This document shows positions 14,105 to 28,194 of a stretch of DNA of 64,000 nucleotides, one piece after another. The stretch's first letter is position 1; each line of letters starts with the position of its first letter. The position numbers were made by a program, and so were the translations under genes. The stretch is from Octopus vulgaris (Eukaryota): assembly GCA_951406725.2 (NCBI GenBank), contig OX597833.1, positions 35,836,001 to 35,900,000 of the forward strand, in the 5' to 3' direction. The notes beneath the pieces are model-generated. The model saw only the letters and a list, made by a program, of their open reading frames with translations. It had not been told where the DNA came from and ran no database searches.

Positions 14105-14290
14105 ATGCCAAGGGCGGAAATGCTTCAAACCAGCAAGGTCACAGGTTATGACATTGTACCTGCCTTTATTCTCAAGTATTGCGCCCCAGAACTTGATCTT
14201 ATACTCATCAAACCCTTTAATATCCCACTTGCTACGGAGATATATTCTGACATTTGGAAGCATGCTTCAATGAATCTCATTCCAACGAAT
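14105..14290 (+). mobile_element. LINE RT N-terminal fragment
   Basis: SKVTGYDIVPAFILKYCAPEL..FN..WKHASMNLIP matches the KA.GPD.IP..LK.CAPEL..WK.A.V.PIP region of CR1/Jockey-group RTs. Confidence 0.7.
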
Positions 14291-14956
14291 TCAAGTGCCA
14301 AACGGAAGATTTATACAGCGATGAAGAGGATTTTTCTGACTTTCCTTCATTATAAGAGAGGTAGATGTTAGTGCTCCAATACGAAAGAAAGTATTGCTTT
14401 AACTGGCTCTGGATAGAGAAAGTGCACCGATTTTTCGCCATTTGTATATTCGTTTGCAAGCAAAATGTGGGCATCTCAAATGAATTTATGTTCACGCCAG
14501 AGATCCAGGAAAGTGTATATTTTTGAAAGTGAGATTGTAAATTTTATTGTGCGTGAGACTAAGAATTATTATAGATTTTGTACTTATTTATAATGAAAAT
14601 AAGTATAGAAAATTACCCTTAAGAAAAAGAGGTATTTTTAATTCTTTTTCCGCTTAGAACACACATTCACGCAGCCCTTTCCTGCCTTTTAATTTTTTTA
14701 AGATATGAAACGAAACCGAAAGAAATAATACAAAATCAAAATGAAACTAGACAAAACCAGTAAGCTGTTTTAAAAACAAACAAAAAAAAAACGGAAAAGA
14801 GTTTGCAAAACCTTATTGACAGAAGCTGAGAAAAGACGAATCAAAGGCAAAATTGAAAACTGGACGAAATGTTAAGCAGACGATTTGATTAAAGTTGTGA
14901 AAAGTGAATGTCAAGCCAGTATATAATCATAAAATAAATGATAATAGTGATAAAGT

Positions 14957-15102
14957 GAGTATGGCTGTGTGGTAAGAAGTTTGCTTCTCACTCAGATGGT
15001 TCGGATTCACCCATGACGAGTGACACCGTCTCCTATAACACTGGGCCGACCGAAGCCTTGTGAGAGTATCTGGTAGACGGAAAATGAAAGAAGAAGCCTG
15101 TC

Positions 15103-15169
<67 letters not shown>

Positions 15170-15225
15170 CGTGTGTGTAGTAGAATAATAATAAAAAATT
15201 TCTTGGTACAGTATAATATATTCAA

Positions 15226-15280
<55 letters not shown>

Positions 15281-15463
15281 TGTGTGTGTGTGTTTGTCTG
15301 TCTGTGTGTCTTCCCAGCAACTTAGTGGTTCAGTAAAAGTGACCGATAGAATAAGTACTAGGCTTTTAAAAAATAAGTCCTGGAGTTGATTCGTTTAAGT
15401 GAATCCTTTTAAGGCGGTGGGCTTGCATGGACACCGTCCAATGACTGAAAAACGTGAAAGATA
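14957..15463 (+). mobile_element. SINE family A, degraded, with expanded internal TA/TG tract
   Basis: Head tggctgtgtggtaagaag.., body gaccgatagaataagtactagg.., tail aaggcggtgggcttgcatgg..atgactgaaa. Confidence 0.75.
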
Positions 15464-16030
15464 GAGTATTAAAAAACAGTCTCAGCTGAAATCAGTAAAG
15501 GTCCAGTCCGCCCAAAGGCAGAAGTCATCTAAATGCTTGACTGGGTAGTGGTGTGCCTATGCTTATGAATCAAAAGACCAACATTTCGCAAAGAAACCGA
15601 GAAAATGTGGTCAAATGCACAAAAATCCTGCAAATGACAATGAATTTACTACGATGATTCAGAACCGAGAGTTCAGACAAGATCAAACAAGACCACCCAA
15701 TTACTATATTTTACATTTTACTTCTTTGTCATAGGACTGTGGCCACGCTGGGCACTGGCTTGAAAGAGTTTAGTTAAACGCTTCAACCCGGTACCAGTTT
15801 TTATTAACGAAGTACTTATTGTCCCTTAGTGTCATAGTGCTGAACCGGTCATTTACGAGGATGTAAGCAGACCAACACCAGTCGTCAAGCATTGACTGGA
15901 GACAAACACAGACATAAGCATACTCACGCACACACACACATATACACGCACACACACACAGACACTCACACACACACACACACTCACACAAACAAACAAA
16001 CAAACAAACAGACAAACACACACACACACA

Positions 16031-16072
<42 letters not shown>

Positions 16073-16073
16073 T

Positions 16074-16935
16074 ACAGGATGCAATGGGTATATTATCACC
16101 ATTTATATTTTTAATTTCGCGCATGCACATTGTTTGTTTTTGAATTTGTTGACTACACTATATAGTAGGGCCAGTCGGGCACCGTCTGTGACAAAAGGAG
16201 CACCATGACGCAACTCACTTTGCTAAAAATTTGAAAATGGCATGCTGTACTGCTTGGCATTCGCACTAGAAGCTCCAGTACGAGCAGATGGTGAACACAC
16301 AGAACACCGGTTGGCTTGCCGTGTCCCCAAAACATATACCGAGAGTAAAAAGAAAATCAAACATCCAGTCAACGTCATGGCGTTTGGAGTGATCACTAGT
16401 GATGGCGACATTTGCATCCATTCATCTTTCCACGCGGACTCACACTCAACACGGAGGCCTAGATCAAGTGCCTGGAGGGGGTAGTACTGGCCTGGCTCAA
16501 GAGGGTGGCTGCTGAAAGACCCTATATCTGGCAACAGGACTCTGCACCATCCCACACGAGTAGGAGAACCCAGTCATGGTTGCCAGACAATTTATGTGGC
16601 AACATCACCCCTAACATCTGGCCACTGAACTCCCCAAACGGCAACCCCCTTGATTATTACGTGTGGGGTGCAGTTGAGCGAGAGACCAAGAAAACTTGTA
16701 AAACTAAAAATTAACTGAAGGCAAGGATTAAAGCAGTATTCACCAACTTAAACAAGGAGACCGTCCAGCAGAGTTGCAGGAGATTCTGAAGTCATCTGGA
16801 GGGTGTGGTTGAAGCCAATGGCGATTTTATTGAATAAATTTACTGTTCAGTATTTCAAGATATTCTTATGTAATTTTTGGTAAATATATCTGTTAAAATG
16901 AGATATCAATGTTATTTTCAACTTTGAGTAATTTA
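16074..16935 (+). mobile_element. Tc1/mariner superfamily transposon remnant, DD37D (maT) type
   Basis: VMAFGVITSDG, and WQQDSAPSH..NIWPLNSPNGNPLDYYVWG with 37 residues between the 2nd and 3rd D. Frameshifted; begins at a TA; no matching 3' TIR seen. Confidence 0.8.
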
Positions 16936-16984
16936 GACTAGAATATATTCACAGCACCTTGCGTATACACACACACACGCGCGC

Positions 16985-17460
16985 GTGCATGCACACACAC
17001 ACATTAACATGGTGTGAAGGAAAGAAAGTTGTAAAACTAGTGAAGTTAACTGTTCCTCATGAAGAAAACATGCACGTCGCTCGGGCTCAAAATATTGACC
17101 GTTATATAAATCTCCTCGAGAAATGTGAAGACGTAGGCTGGAAAGCGGAGCATTTTCCAATCGAATTCGGATGAGAAGTGTGAGACGACAGTTGTTATCG
17201 TTAGACCTAACTCATCGTAAAGTAAATATCACCGTGACCGATATCCAAACTACAGTGGAAAAGGCTAGCCACTGGATTTGGTTTAAAAGAGACGATGAAC
17301 GATGGCTAGAAGAATATTGAGCTTTATTTAATAACAAGTTGATCTAGCAAGCAGTGCTTCATATCAGTGAGTGGGGGCTCCGGTTCGCATTGATGCAGTC
17401 GGGAGGTAGGTCCCGAAACGACGCGCAGTCTCTCTTGATGACCACATACACTTGCTGGCT
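16985..17460 (+). mobile_element. HERO-like RLE LINE 3' end
   Basis: WCEGKKVVKLVKLTVPHEEN..RY..L.EKC...GWK....PIEFG and EKASHWIWFKR match the C-terminus of HERO-type RLE elements; followed by a 3' UTR. Confidence 0.7.
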
Positions 17461-18224
17461 TCCGTTATGCGGATTTCTCAAATGGTAGCATTTGCATGTG
17501 CAAGTTGTTTGCAAAACAACACGAACAGACACACACACACACACACACATGTACGTATGTATATATTAATAATTGTGTTATAGACAACCACTTGTGGGTC
17601 TCATGTTATTCTTGAATTCCATTTTCTTGATCTTCCCCTAGCATTGTTCCACACTTATTTTGGGGAATTCTATTCATGACAATACACATACCATCGAATG
17701 CCTTTCCAGGCTTTTGGAGATGTATTCTGCTCCAGTAGTTGAAATATTGTTTTTTTATTTTGCATGCTCCCTACAAGTGCATAAATTTGCAGATTTAAAT
17801 ACTTATGTGTGTGTATGTCTGTTTAACCAATAATTGACTTATATGCATATGCGTGTGTGTGCGTGCACGTGTGTATGCGTGCACGTGTGTATGCGTGCAC
17901 GTGTGTATGCGTGCGCGTGTGCGTTTGTGAGTATGTGTGTGTAGATTTGCGTGTGCCTGTGTGTAAATGTAAATATAAATATAACTATATGTATATATGT
18001 ATATATATATATATATATGTATATGTGTGTGTGTGTGTGTGTATACACACTCCCATATAGGTTCTATATTGAGTGCACTGTACTTGAGCGTGCTCTTGCA
18101 TATACACACTTCTACGTAAAGATATACATACATATATATATATATATACATGCCCATACACATATGCATATATTCAAACACACGACGAACACATATATAC
18201 ACTATATGCACATATATATGTATA

Positions 18225-18296
<72 letters not shown>

Positions 18297-19124
18297 AATA
18301 AGTATGCGAATGTGTTTATGGATCTGTTTGTTGTAACTAGAATAAATATACGTATGGATTTATCATTTGATTTATCTGAATCGAACGTTTTTCCTTCTGT
18401 TCTTCTTTCTGGCAAAGACGTGGAATTTAGTAAATGGGGAAGGGGGTTATAGTGAATTAATAGGAAAGTATTTTTACAACCTGATGCCCTTCATCACACC
18501 TACTATAGAACCGTGAAATATGATTAGAGATTACGAGGTGTGCGAACTAAAACAGCGGATACAAGAAACTACAAAATTTCGTCATGCATATAAACTGTCG
18601 TAGAATCATCGAAGCGAAAAAGACGCAGGAATTTCAATAGAAATGAAAAGTACTGGAAACAGTTATTAATAGAAGGACGAAAATGATCAAGCTAAGAGAA
18701 AGTGCAACTATAAAGATTAAATAGAGAGCATAAACACAGTTGTGTGGTAACGGTAGCACTTTGATAGAAGAGCCAAACGGATGACTGAGATGTAAAGAAT
18801 GGTCGCTAAACAATAAAAAAAAATCGCTTTGAAACAACAGTGTTGTTGATTATATAGGAACAACTGGGGGAATTGATAATTGAATGTTATTTATTTTATC
18901 TGGTGACCACGAGAGACATCGGAAAGTTTAAAACCGCTCAGATAAGAGCAGGTAAAACTCTGTGGTTAAAATTTCCTGCGTTGTTAAGACTGGGATCCAC
19001 TTTGCAGCCATTTGGCGAGTGCTATTTTCTGTTGTATTGTGTAGACCAATACTTTGAAAGCAGTTTTTGAATAGCAGTAACTACACAGGAGTAGTCGTTT
19101 CGTGCGTTTTTGTGTGTATATTTA

Positions 19125-19440
19125 TGCATGTAAATGGCTTAGCGGCTATTTGGCTCATGTACATAAGGTCGTGAGTTCGATTCCCAGCGGAGAGGTGTGT
19201 CCTTGTGCAAGACACTTTATTTCACTTTATTTCCAGTCAACTCAATTGGCGAAAATGCGTAGTACATGTATGTCAAAGCACCAGCCTTTTCACATTCTAC
19301 GTCACGCTGAATTTGCCAGAGAACTACGTTAACGGTACGCGTGTATGGGGAGTACTCAGTCATATGCACGTTAATTTCGAGGGCAACCTGTTCCGTTGGT
19401 CGCATCAACTGGAACCCTTGTCGTAACCGACAGAGTACTA
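19125..19440 (+). mobile_element. SINE family C (tRNA head plus gtgtccttg-gcaagacact central domain)
   Basis: A/B-box-like tggcttagcgg..gagttcgattccc; second copy at 59872-60170. Confidence 0.7.
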
Positions 19441-19446
19441 GTACGA

Positions 19447-19496
<50 letters not shown>

Positions 19497-19568
19497 CACC
19501 TGCCTTCGTCTTTTGTTTATTTCCGTAAACCTGCCTTCGTCTTTTGTCTATTTTCATAAAGCTTCCCG

Positions 19569-19628
<60 letters not shown>

Positions 19629-19693
19629 GTGTGTGTGTGTGTGTGTATGTAAATATGTATGTATGTATCTATCTACCTGTTTGTCTGTCTATT

Positions 19694-19771
<78 letters not shown>

Positions 19772-19949
19772 AGTAATATAGAATGTCAATTTGGAGAATC
19801 ATACAGCTATCACAGTAAGCTTACCGACTGGAATCGGCTATCACTCTACGTGGTAGTCAATTCGACTTCGACTCCCTGACCGTAACCAACCGTTCCGACT
19901 ACTGACAAAAAAACATGAACAATAACGTAATTTTTGTTTGAAAGAGAAA

Positions 19950-20165
19950 TAATATGAGAAGAGGAAGAGAGACAACAACATAGGAAGGCCAGACAATAGC
20001 ATCTACGACCGATTCCGACATTCTCATATGGCCAATGCAATCGTATGTTCTACGCAAGGATTGGCCTCGTTAGTCACATTCCCTACCAGCATTAATGGTC
20101 CAAATATTCGTCCAGCCGGAGAAATCAATCCTGAAATTCAAGGGACTTGCCGACGACAACGAATA
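19950..20165 (+). mobile_element. RTE-clade LINE 3' end
   Basis: EEERQQHRKARQ, then GQCNRMFYARIGLVSH (the terminal C2H2-like motif of RTE ORFs) and a short 3' UTR. Confidence 0.65.
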
Positions 20166-20996
20166 CAAATAATGGTTTGATCTCGCAAGAATGGGACATC
20201 TTGAAAGATGTGTGTCGAATGTAATCTCTCTCTCTCTTTCTCTCGGTTTCATTGTTGAAATTTATTTAAATCGTCCGAATTCAACATTTATGAACATAAT
20301 GAAAGTATTTATGAGCGTAAAACATAAATTGCATTTCTTAAACTGTGTAGAATGGAACATTTGAGAACACACATGGCCCCAATAATCTAAATAGGTTCCC
20401 AAAAGTAATAAATTTTGTATGCTACCTTCCTAGAATGAAGTAAATCAGAACACATTTAACACTAGTAGTTTCTCTAGAGATCCATAGCTCATAATGTGTA
20501 TATCTTAAACGCCTAAGAATCGAATATTTGGAAAAGCAATGCGACAAGATTCACCAAATTCGATCATTTGGAAGCCTGCGTTCTTTTTTTCTACATGCCA
20601 CAGCTTAAATTGTATGCATCTCAGACTCAGAATTCACCTTCATTTTCACAGTTTGGTCTCTTAAAAAATATGAAATATTAAAGAGCAAGATGACAAAGTT
20701 AAACCATTGAATTCAATGAGACAAAGAGTGGTCTGTGTCTGCAAAGCATGTTTAATTTTGATGTTTATTTAGAGGAAGGGAATTATCAAACTTGGACAAA
20801 GTCATTCTTCAGTGATGAATCTACATTAAGGGCTAGCAACGTTTTTATATCTGAAGGGCGGAATGAGAAAATGCTACATTTATTGTGAAGTATAATAATA
20901 ATTAACTTTCAAAATAAAAATATAAATTGGAATCAGCAAAAATGTATTTTTATGCCATATGTGATACCTCCAATCTGCTAGAAGAAAGGGACGAAG

Positions 20997-21226
20997 GGCG
21001 GCGAGCTGGCAGAAACGTTAGCACGCCGGGCGAAATGTTTAGCGGTATTACGTCTGCCGTTACGTTCTGAGTTCAAATTCCGACGAGGTCGACTTTGCCT
21101 TTCATCCTTTCGGGGTCAATAAATTAAGTACCAGTTACGCACTGGGGAGGATGTAATCGACTTAATCCCTTTGCCTGTCCTTGTTTGTCCCCTCTTTGTT
21201 TAGCCCCTTGTGGGTAATAAAGAAAT
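20997..21226 (+). mobile_element. SINE family B, full length, with 17-bp TSD
   Basis: ggcggcgagctggcagaaacg.. with B box gagttcaaattcc. TSD tagaagaaagggacgaa (20979-20995) / tagaagtaagtgacgaa (21227-21243). Confidence 0.88.
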
Positions 21227-21811
21227 TAGAAGTAAGTGACGAAATCAATCGAATCTAATTGATTCAATCGAATATAGTCTTCACTGGAGGAACTCTTTCT
21301 GTGGTCATTAGTAATAGAATTTCTTTTTTTTTTTGAAGTACTTTAAATAGTATTAAGGGTACAGAGAAGGTAGAAAAGTGAGCATGTAGTCTTTACATTC
21401 TGGGTTCAAATACTATTAGAGTCACAGATCGAATCCTTGTCCAAATGCTTTTAAAAGAAGTGGCTTCCACCGAAGACATCCAAAGGCCAGATGTTGATGT
21501 TTTATTAGGTTACTTACTACGTCTACTATACGAGGCCTTACCCATCCTGGTCATCATAACCGTACAAAAGAATCCTGTACTTAACATAAACATGTTTAAT
21601 TATTTAAATGTAACAGAGTAGAAGTTATCAGTAGAACTTGATATCAAGGTCGATTGTGAATCCTTTTTAGCTTTGATGGTCTCTTTAAGATAAAGGCCAC
21701 CGTTATATTATTTCCGTTTAGCTGCTTTATCTTAACATTAAACATCTGATGTCATTGAAGAAATCAACAAAACGTACGGTCAACGTCACGTGATCGATTA
21801 TACTAGAAACA

Positions 21812-21899
<88 letters not shown>

Positions 21900-21902
<3 letters not shown>

Positions 21903-24900
21903 GGGTTTTAGCCGAGAAGATAATATTACAATCGAAGGCTGTGAAGGCGGTCTGGAGAGTGGTTGCGGTGGAAGTGGCCACAACTCCACTACCATCACCA
22001 CCAACCGCAACAGCAGCAGCAGCAGTAACAACAACATCAACAGCAACGTCGATGACAACATCAACAAAAACTATAACAAAAACAGTTTTACTGATATAGC
22101 AAACACAAAGAAAGAAATGTTTACAATCCCTCTCGAGGACAAAATACGAGCACTTTCGAAAGCAAAAGACATTATCAAAGTTGACGGGGATAAGGTATCA
22201 GTGCTCGAACCTCTCTAAATGATAGAGGCAAAAGAAAAAAAGACTGTATATTTTAAATGTATATCACGGAAAAGTAGGAGATCCGAAACACCTTCCATCA
22301 GTCACGTCTCGAAGGCTCTCAGCAAAATTTTAACAAATGTGACTCACATACAGAGAGAGAGAGGCAGTTTGCCAGCATTGAGGTTCTCTTTAAAAGTGAG
22401 GACCTCGCGCGAAGACACGCAGTGTCACCCCGGTGGATTAAAGAGATGGTCTTATATCCCACCTACGTCTCGAAGAGAACGAAGAGAATTAGGGTAAACG
22501 GTATGCTACCAGGTTTAAACATCAGGTGGATCGTTGCCTATGCAGTGAGGACCCAGAGTCACATCTGGAGGTAAAAAAAGAGCCGTAGGGAGAACTGGCG
22601 CAGGATCAACTTGGAGATATCAATCCATGTGCAACCAGAGAATATCGTGTAGATCCCGGGCCTGATCCATCAGCCCACTGGGGTGGAATTGCGTATCGTC
22701 GTGGAAGGCAGGAAGTCCAGATGTGACACCTGTGTGGCCACAATCCACCTGGGAGCGTTCTTCCACAAAAATCGGGCGGAACGCGGCTACACCTGCAGCC
22801 TACAACTCACCCCCAACAACAGAGACCTTTTAATAGAACTGCAGTCTCATCCATAACAACAGCAGAAGCGCGTGAAACCTATACAATGGGGAAACCACCA
22901 AGGGTATATGTCAAATTGGCACCCCCACATACCCGTTATCAAGCATACTCTCACACAAGCACGCTCACACTATCACAGACGCACTCACACTCCCGGAGAG
23001 AGACCATGCAGACACAAGCTACTAATCCTCCTGTAGTGAAGGCGAGGAAGAACCTCACGAAGTAAAAACAAGGTAAAGGCAAAGGAAACAGAAAGCAAAA
23101 GAACCTAAATCAACATCCGAAAACACAGAAAGCCCCAACTCATCGAACACCAACAACACCATCCCCACAACCACCACTACCCCAACCAAATCCACCAATG
23201 CACCTACAACACCCATAGCCCACAAAAGAAAGCTCACAGTCAATACGGAAACACCGTTTTTGTTCCAGATCATTTCATGTTAATACGGTTACCCCTCAAA
23301 GTTTACAAAGAAATTTTCAAAGGGAGTTCCTGCATGACGTGGGAAGGCCAAACGTACGCGCCACTAAGAGGCTTTAGCCAGTTTGCCGGAGGAACCAGAT
23401 CCGGAGCCCGGGTCACCGGGCTACCAACAACTCCAGGAGTGTAAGTAACCCCTCTCTTTCTCTTTTCCTCAACCCTTTCGAGCCGTGATGGCAATCGTCA
23501 AAGTTGGCTGCTTAAATGTTCGCGGCCTGAGGTCACTCTGGAAGTAAGGATGCTTGCTCAATGATCTCAGGTCGCCTAGACCCAGAATGCAAGTTGGTGG
23601 TCCTGGACGTGAGCGACAGTGAAGGTGATGCCTTTAGACTAGTCGCTGTTTACGCCCCGACGCGGGCGGAGCAACCAAATTTCTTCAGACATTTGGAGGC
23701 TTTCCTAGGGACGTCACGCTCTTTAATGTTAGTAGGTGACTGGAACGCCATCTTGGACGCACACCTGGATAGGATGGAGCTAGCTGATGGAAGAGTGGGG
23801 AGTAAAAGCCTCACATTTCTGCTCAGCTGACAGGGTCCCGGATACTGGAAGCTGCACGCGTCCTTCCCGGCGCGCCAACCTTTCAGAGACCGGGTTAGTA
23901 AGTTAGCCTATCGAAAGTTGGCGGGCGCAATCGTCAACAGCCGTTGATGGATAGCCCTGAAAAGGGCTATTAAAGTAGAGGCGGTAAGTTTTAGTAAGGA
24001 AATAGCATTAGAAGAATCTAGGATAGAGGGAGGCCTAGTTAGGAAGCTAGAAGAGGTACTTAGGAAATTCATAGAAACCGACGTGCTAGCGGCGAGATTG
24101 TCTCTTCATCAATTCTTCAATGCCAAGCACGAAGGTTGTGTTAAATAATAATAATAATAATAATTGTGTACAGTGCTCAGGTGCACTACAACTCATCTAA
24201 AGTGTATATATAATCAGGTGAAGTTTCGGCGGATTTCGGAAAGCATGAGGGCCTTAAAAGATGCAGTGTCATGGCAGTCAACAACTGACGCAGGCAGTTT
24301 ATTCCATGCTTCAGCAACTCTGAGCGTGAAAAAATGTTTCCGAAAGTCATGGGAGCTGTATTGTTTTCTGACTTTGTAGGCATGTCCACGTGTGTTAGAC
24401 ACATGGAGATCAAAAAGGTGTTCAGTGTTGTTGTTGGTGAGGTGGTTGATAACTTTGTGGGTGTTTACCAAGTCCGTCGCCAAACGCCGGAGCTTCAGTG
24501 AATCCATGCCCAGGGAAACAAGGCGCTCAGAATATGGTAGGTGTCTGATGGAGGGTATGCGTTTGGTTGCACGTCTCTGGACAGATTCCAGGAGGTCAAT
24601 GTTCTGTGCAAGATAGGGGTTCCAAACTGATGATGCGAATTCCAAGTGTGGTCGTACCATAGCTGTATACAGTTTTAAATAGATGGCTGGAGAGCGGCTA
24701 ACAAAAGACCTGCTGAGTGATGCCAAGACACCCTCGGCCTTCCTGACAATCTTAGAGATATGCTTTGACCAACGCAAATCACTGCTGACAGTGATGCCTA
24801 GGTCACGCTCGCAAGAGGATTTCTTGATATCAGTGTTGTGGAGGGAGTATGTGAACGCAGGGTTTTTTCTCCCAAAATGCATGGTGGTACACTTGTCCAC

Positions 24901-26100
24901 AGCCAGTTTCAGTTGCCAGTCTGTGATCCATTGCTGCATTGTGTCTAGGTCTGATTGCAGGAAAGAGTTGTAGACATCAGGATCTGTCCTCTTGATTTCA
25001 AGGTACAGCTTGATGTCGTCTGCATATTTCAATACTGTGGCATTCTTTAAATTGGCATCTATGTCGTTAATGTATGCCACAAACAAGAGGGGGCCAAGGA
25101 CAGATCCCTGTGGTACACCCGATGACATCTCATATGGTGTAGAGTGCTGTCCTAGAACTGTGACTACCTCCTTTCGGCTGAGGATGAAGGATTTCAACCA
25201 GTTAAAAAGGTCATCCCCCACACCCATTGCAGAGAGTTTCACCATAAGCCTTTTGTGTGGCACAGAGTTGAAAGCCTTAGCAAAGTCAAGGTAGACAACA
25301 TCCACCCATGAGCCACTGTCAGTAATCTGAGTAATGTCCTCAAGGAACTCGACAAGCTGGTCACTGCAGCTGGAGTTAGGGACAAATCCATATTGTGAGG
25401 GTCGGATGAGACTGTGAGAGCTCCAGAAGTTCCAGAGTGTTTCTCTGACACACGATTCCATCAGTTTTGCAATACAGCTAGTGAGACTGACTGTTGTCAG
25501 AGCTAGGGCGCGTGCACTGAGACGGAAGGGGACGAAAGCTGTTCGATGGGCCCGGGTGGCAGAGGCGCTTCGTGGAAACAAAGCAACAGTTCTGTTTTTG
25601 GCGAGCTGTGATGGGCGCATGATAACCGAGTCCAAGCAGATGTGTGCGGAATTTCAGCCTTACTTCGCCGAACTGTATGGGGTAGGCGGTGGTGGATTTC
25701 TTCGAAATACCGATAACAGCCGAAGATATACGAGGCGTGATAAAAGCCTGTGCAAGAGAGAAGTATCCGGGGCGAGATGGTCTGCTCTTCCAGCTTTATT
25801 TTCATATGCCAGACTTGTTCGGTGGTCTCTTAGCAGAGGTCTACCACAACTGGCAACAGAACGGTAGAATCTACAGTGCTGTGAACCGTGGAGTGGTGGT
25901 GCTGTTGCGGAAGGACCCGAATGCAGATTAGACTTTGGCCAATGTGTTAGCCAAGATGTTGGTGCTTGTCGTCAATAAGTTGGTTGATGACGCGCAGACA
26001 TGCGCTAACCCAAACAGAACTACTCACATAACATCCACCTCACCTCTTAGGTGGGGGTAAGGAACTTGGCATGGGTGGGGCCCTGATCAATTTGGATTAC
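21900..26100 (+). mobile_element. Decayed Tx1/L1-clade LINE (ORF1 plus APE-RT ORF2), interrupted at 24143-25491
   Basis: ORF1 knuckle VVEGRKSRCDTCVATIHL (~22700). ORF2 starts MAIVKVGCLNVRGL (~23488), followed by FRLVAVYAP, GDWNAILD..DR, GPGYWKL, EGCVVRARA, KYPGRDGL and GGALINLD. Stops, frameshifts and deletions throughout. Confidence 0.85.
24143..25491 (-). mobile_element. Young 5'-truncated CR1-group LINE with uninterrupted RT frame (stop at 24214) and (ATT)n tail
   Basis: VSLTS, QYGFV, YLDFAKAFNSVPH, SGVPQGSVLGPLLF, YADDIK, ERDLGI and HFFTLRVAEAWNKLP. TSD TGTT at 24139-24142 / 25492-25495. Confidence 0.93.
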
Positions 26101-26207
26101 TATACGATTAGTGTAGTGGTATATTTTGTGGTATAGTAGTACACCACACTATAAAATACTGTTAGACTACACTTTGGATTAGTAACATAACATGCTATGC
26201 AGCTTAC

Positions 26208-26319
26208 TTGGAATTAAATGCTTTGACATCAGACGCTTTACTTTTTGAGAGATAAGAACCATCGATGTCATTTGGTTGTCTGTAACGTTATCGACTTGAC
26301 GAGCGGCATCCGCTTTCAG
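26208..26319 (-). other. Candidate exon (112 nt)
   Basis: Acceptor ttttctattgtcag, donor GTAAGC. Confidence 0.3.
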
Positions 26320-27712
26320 CTGACAATAGAAAACCGGCCTAAATACATTATAATATTCAAATGTTATGGAAATTGTTTTTCCGGTTACAGATTTCCTCAT
26401 TTCATCCGATAGAAAGATAACATACATAAGATACCGAGAATGATTCGATCGAGTAAAGCTTCTTCAGTATAGGAAATTTTGGTGATCAGTCTAATTGCAA
26501 GTATTCCAAATAGAATTAAGGAAAAGGTGAGGGTAGAGAAGCGGGCTGGCGGCATATAGTCTCGTTACTTTACATTTTGGGTTCAAATACTGTCAGGGTC
26601 GACTTTACTTTTCATCTCACTATGGTAGGGAAATATGTCTCAGCGTAGATTCAAGCAATTTTCCTCTCCTCAGTATACGTCTTAATTTTGTTCATTAATC
26701 TAAGACATGATAGTCATTTGAGTGGTGAAATCAACAAAGCATTAGATTACACGCTTTTTCAGTATTTAGTTTTGTCCATCTAATTTTTTTGAGTTCACAT
26801 TCTAGCGGGGAACCATTTTTTTCTCTTTTTTTAAATTTTTGCTTTGGTTTTCTTCCATTAAGGATGCATTGGTATCCATTTAATCTGTATAACCATCCTC
26901 TACAATGTTTAACCATGTGCCAATATATCCTCATTTGACTAAAATCAAGGCGTAGATAGGCAGAAAAATATTTAGCACTGAATGTAGGGCTTAGGAATAG
27001 ACTGAGCGTATAAAAAATATCCAATATCTTTCTAACTTTTAGCCTCACTATACATCTGTCAGGACCAAGGAATAGAATGTGAATATGTCCTTCATTCATC
27101 CTGATTTAACACAGATCGAAATATGCGATCTCACATTGGAAATATGTAATGTATTCAATGCTGATGTCCTACACCCTACCTTTCATGTTTTACATCAGTT
27201 ACCTCTTTATAATATATGTGTGACCGATTACATAGAAAAGAACAAATGCAAAAGAAATTTCAACGGTTGTATTGACGATTGTGTTTTCCAATATTTCACA
27301 TTAACTATCTCCTACTTAAATTGCTAGAAAAATGACACAACAAGTCAGATACGACGCTAATTGTGCCATCAATCTTCTTTCAGTGGTAAAACTGGTCTTG
27401 TGACTTTGTCGCTAAAATTGATGATAAACTTCCGGAGTAAAACGAGAAATGGAGAAAATTAATCCGTCACATTATATTTCACAGAAGATTTATTTTGAAG
27501 ACTTTTTCGCCACTCATTGTAATATCTGTAATATATCGATAGTATGAATAAGTACTGAGTAATGTAATTTGGTGGTTCTTTCCAGCATGGTAACTATCGC
27601 ATGTTTCGTTTTTTTTTTTATCTCGTCGGAATTTACTGGTGTTGGCTCATGTTATTACTATATAACTCACTTTTTCTCTCACACTCCAAGCTCTTTCTCT
27701 GTCTAGCTATCC

Positions 27713-27758
<46 letters not shown>

Positions 27759-27768
27759 TACACACACA

Positions 27769-27852
<84 letters not shown>

Positions 27853-28194
27853 TATTTCTCTACAGATAGTTGATTTTCATATCCTTGTCATATCACACAC
27901 GAACAATCATTCTATCTCCCTTCGCCATCTCCCACTTTTATCTCCCTACAAATATGTATTTACTTGCGTGTGTTCTTTAATGGGATGTTTAACTCGTTGC
28001 AATTCATCCTTCATTCTGTTTTACAACCACTATTTTCACAATATCCTCATACCCCTATATTTTTCTCTATTTTTCTTTCGTCTTTCTCTCTCAATTTCTC
28101 TCTTTGCGAGTGTTTCATCCTATCTTTCTTCCGCTATCCCCTAAAAATATTCAGTCATATTGTTATTCTTATTTGCAACATCTTATTATTGCTG

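Noticed and set aside
17385-17445. Hammerhead-like motif in the HERO 3' UTR (tcggga..tcccgaaac)
   Set aside because: A hairpin plus GAAA is present, but there is no CUGANGA adjacent to stem II.
24214-25635. 473-aa ORF as a complete RT gene
   Set aside because: The first ~48 aa are antisense read-through of the host Tx1 element; only 24214-25491 is RT, and it is 5'-truncated.
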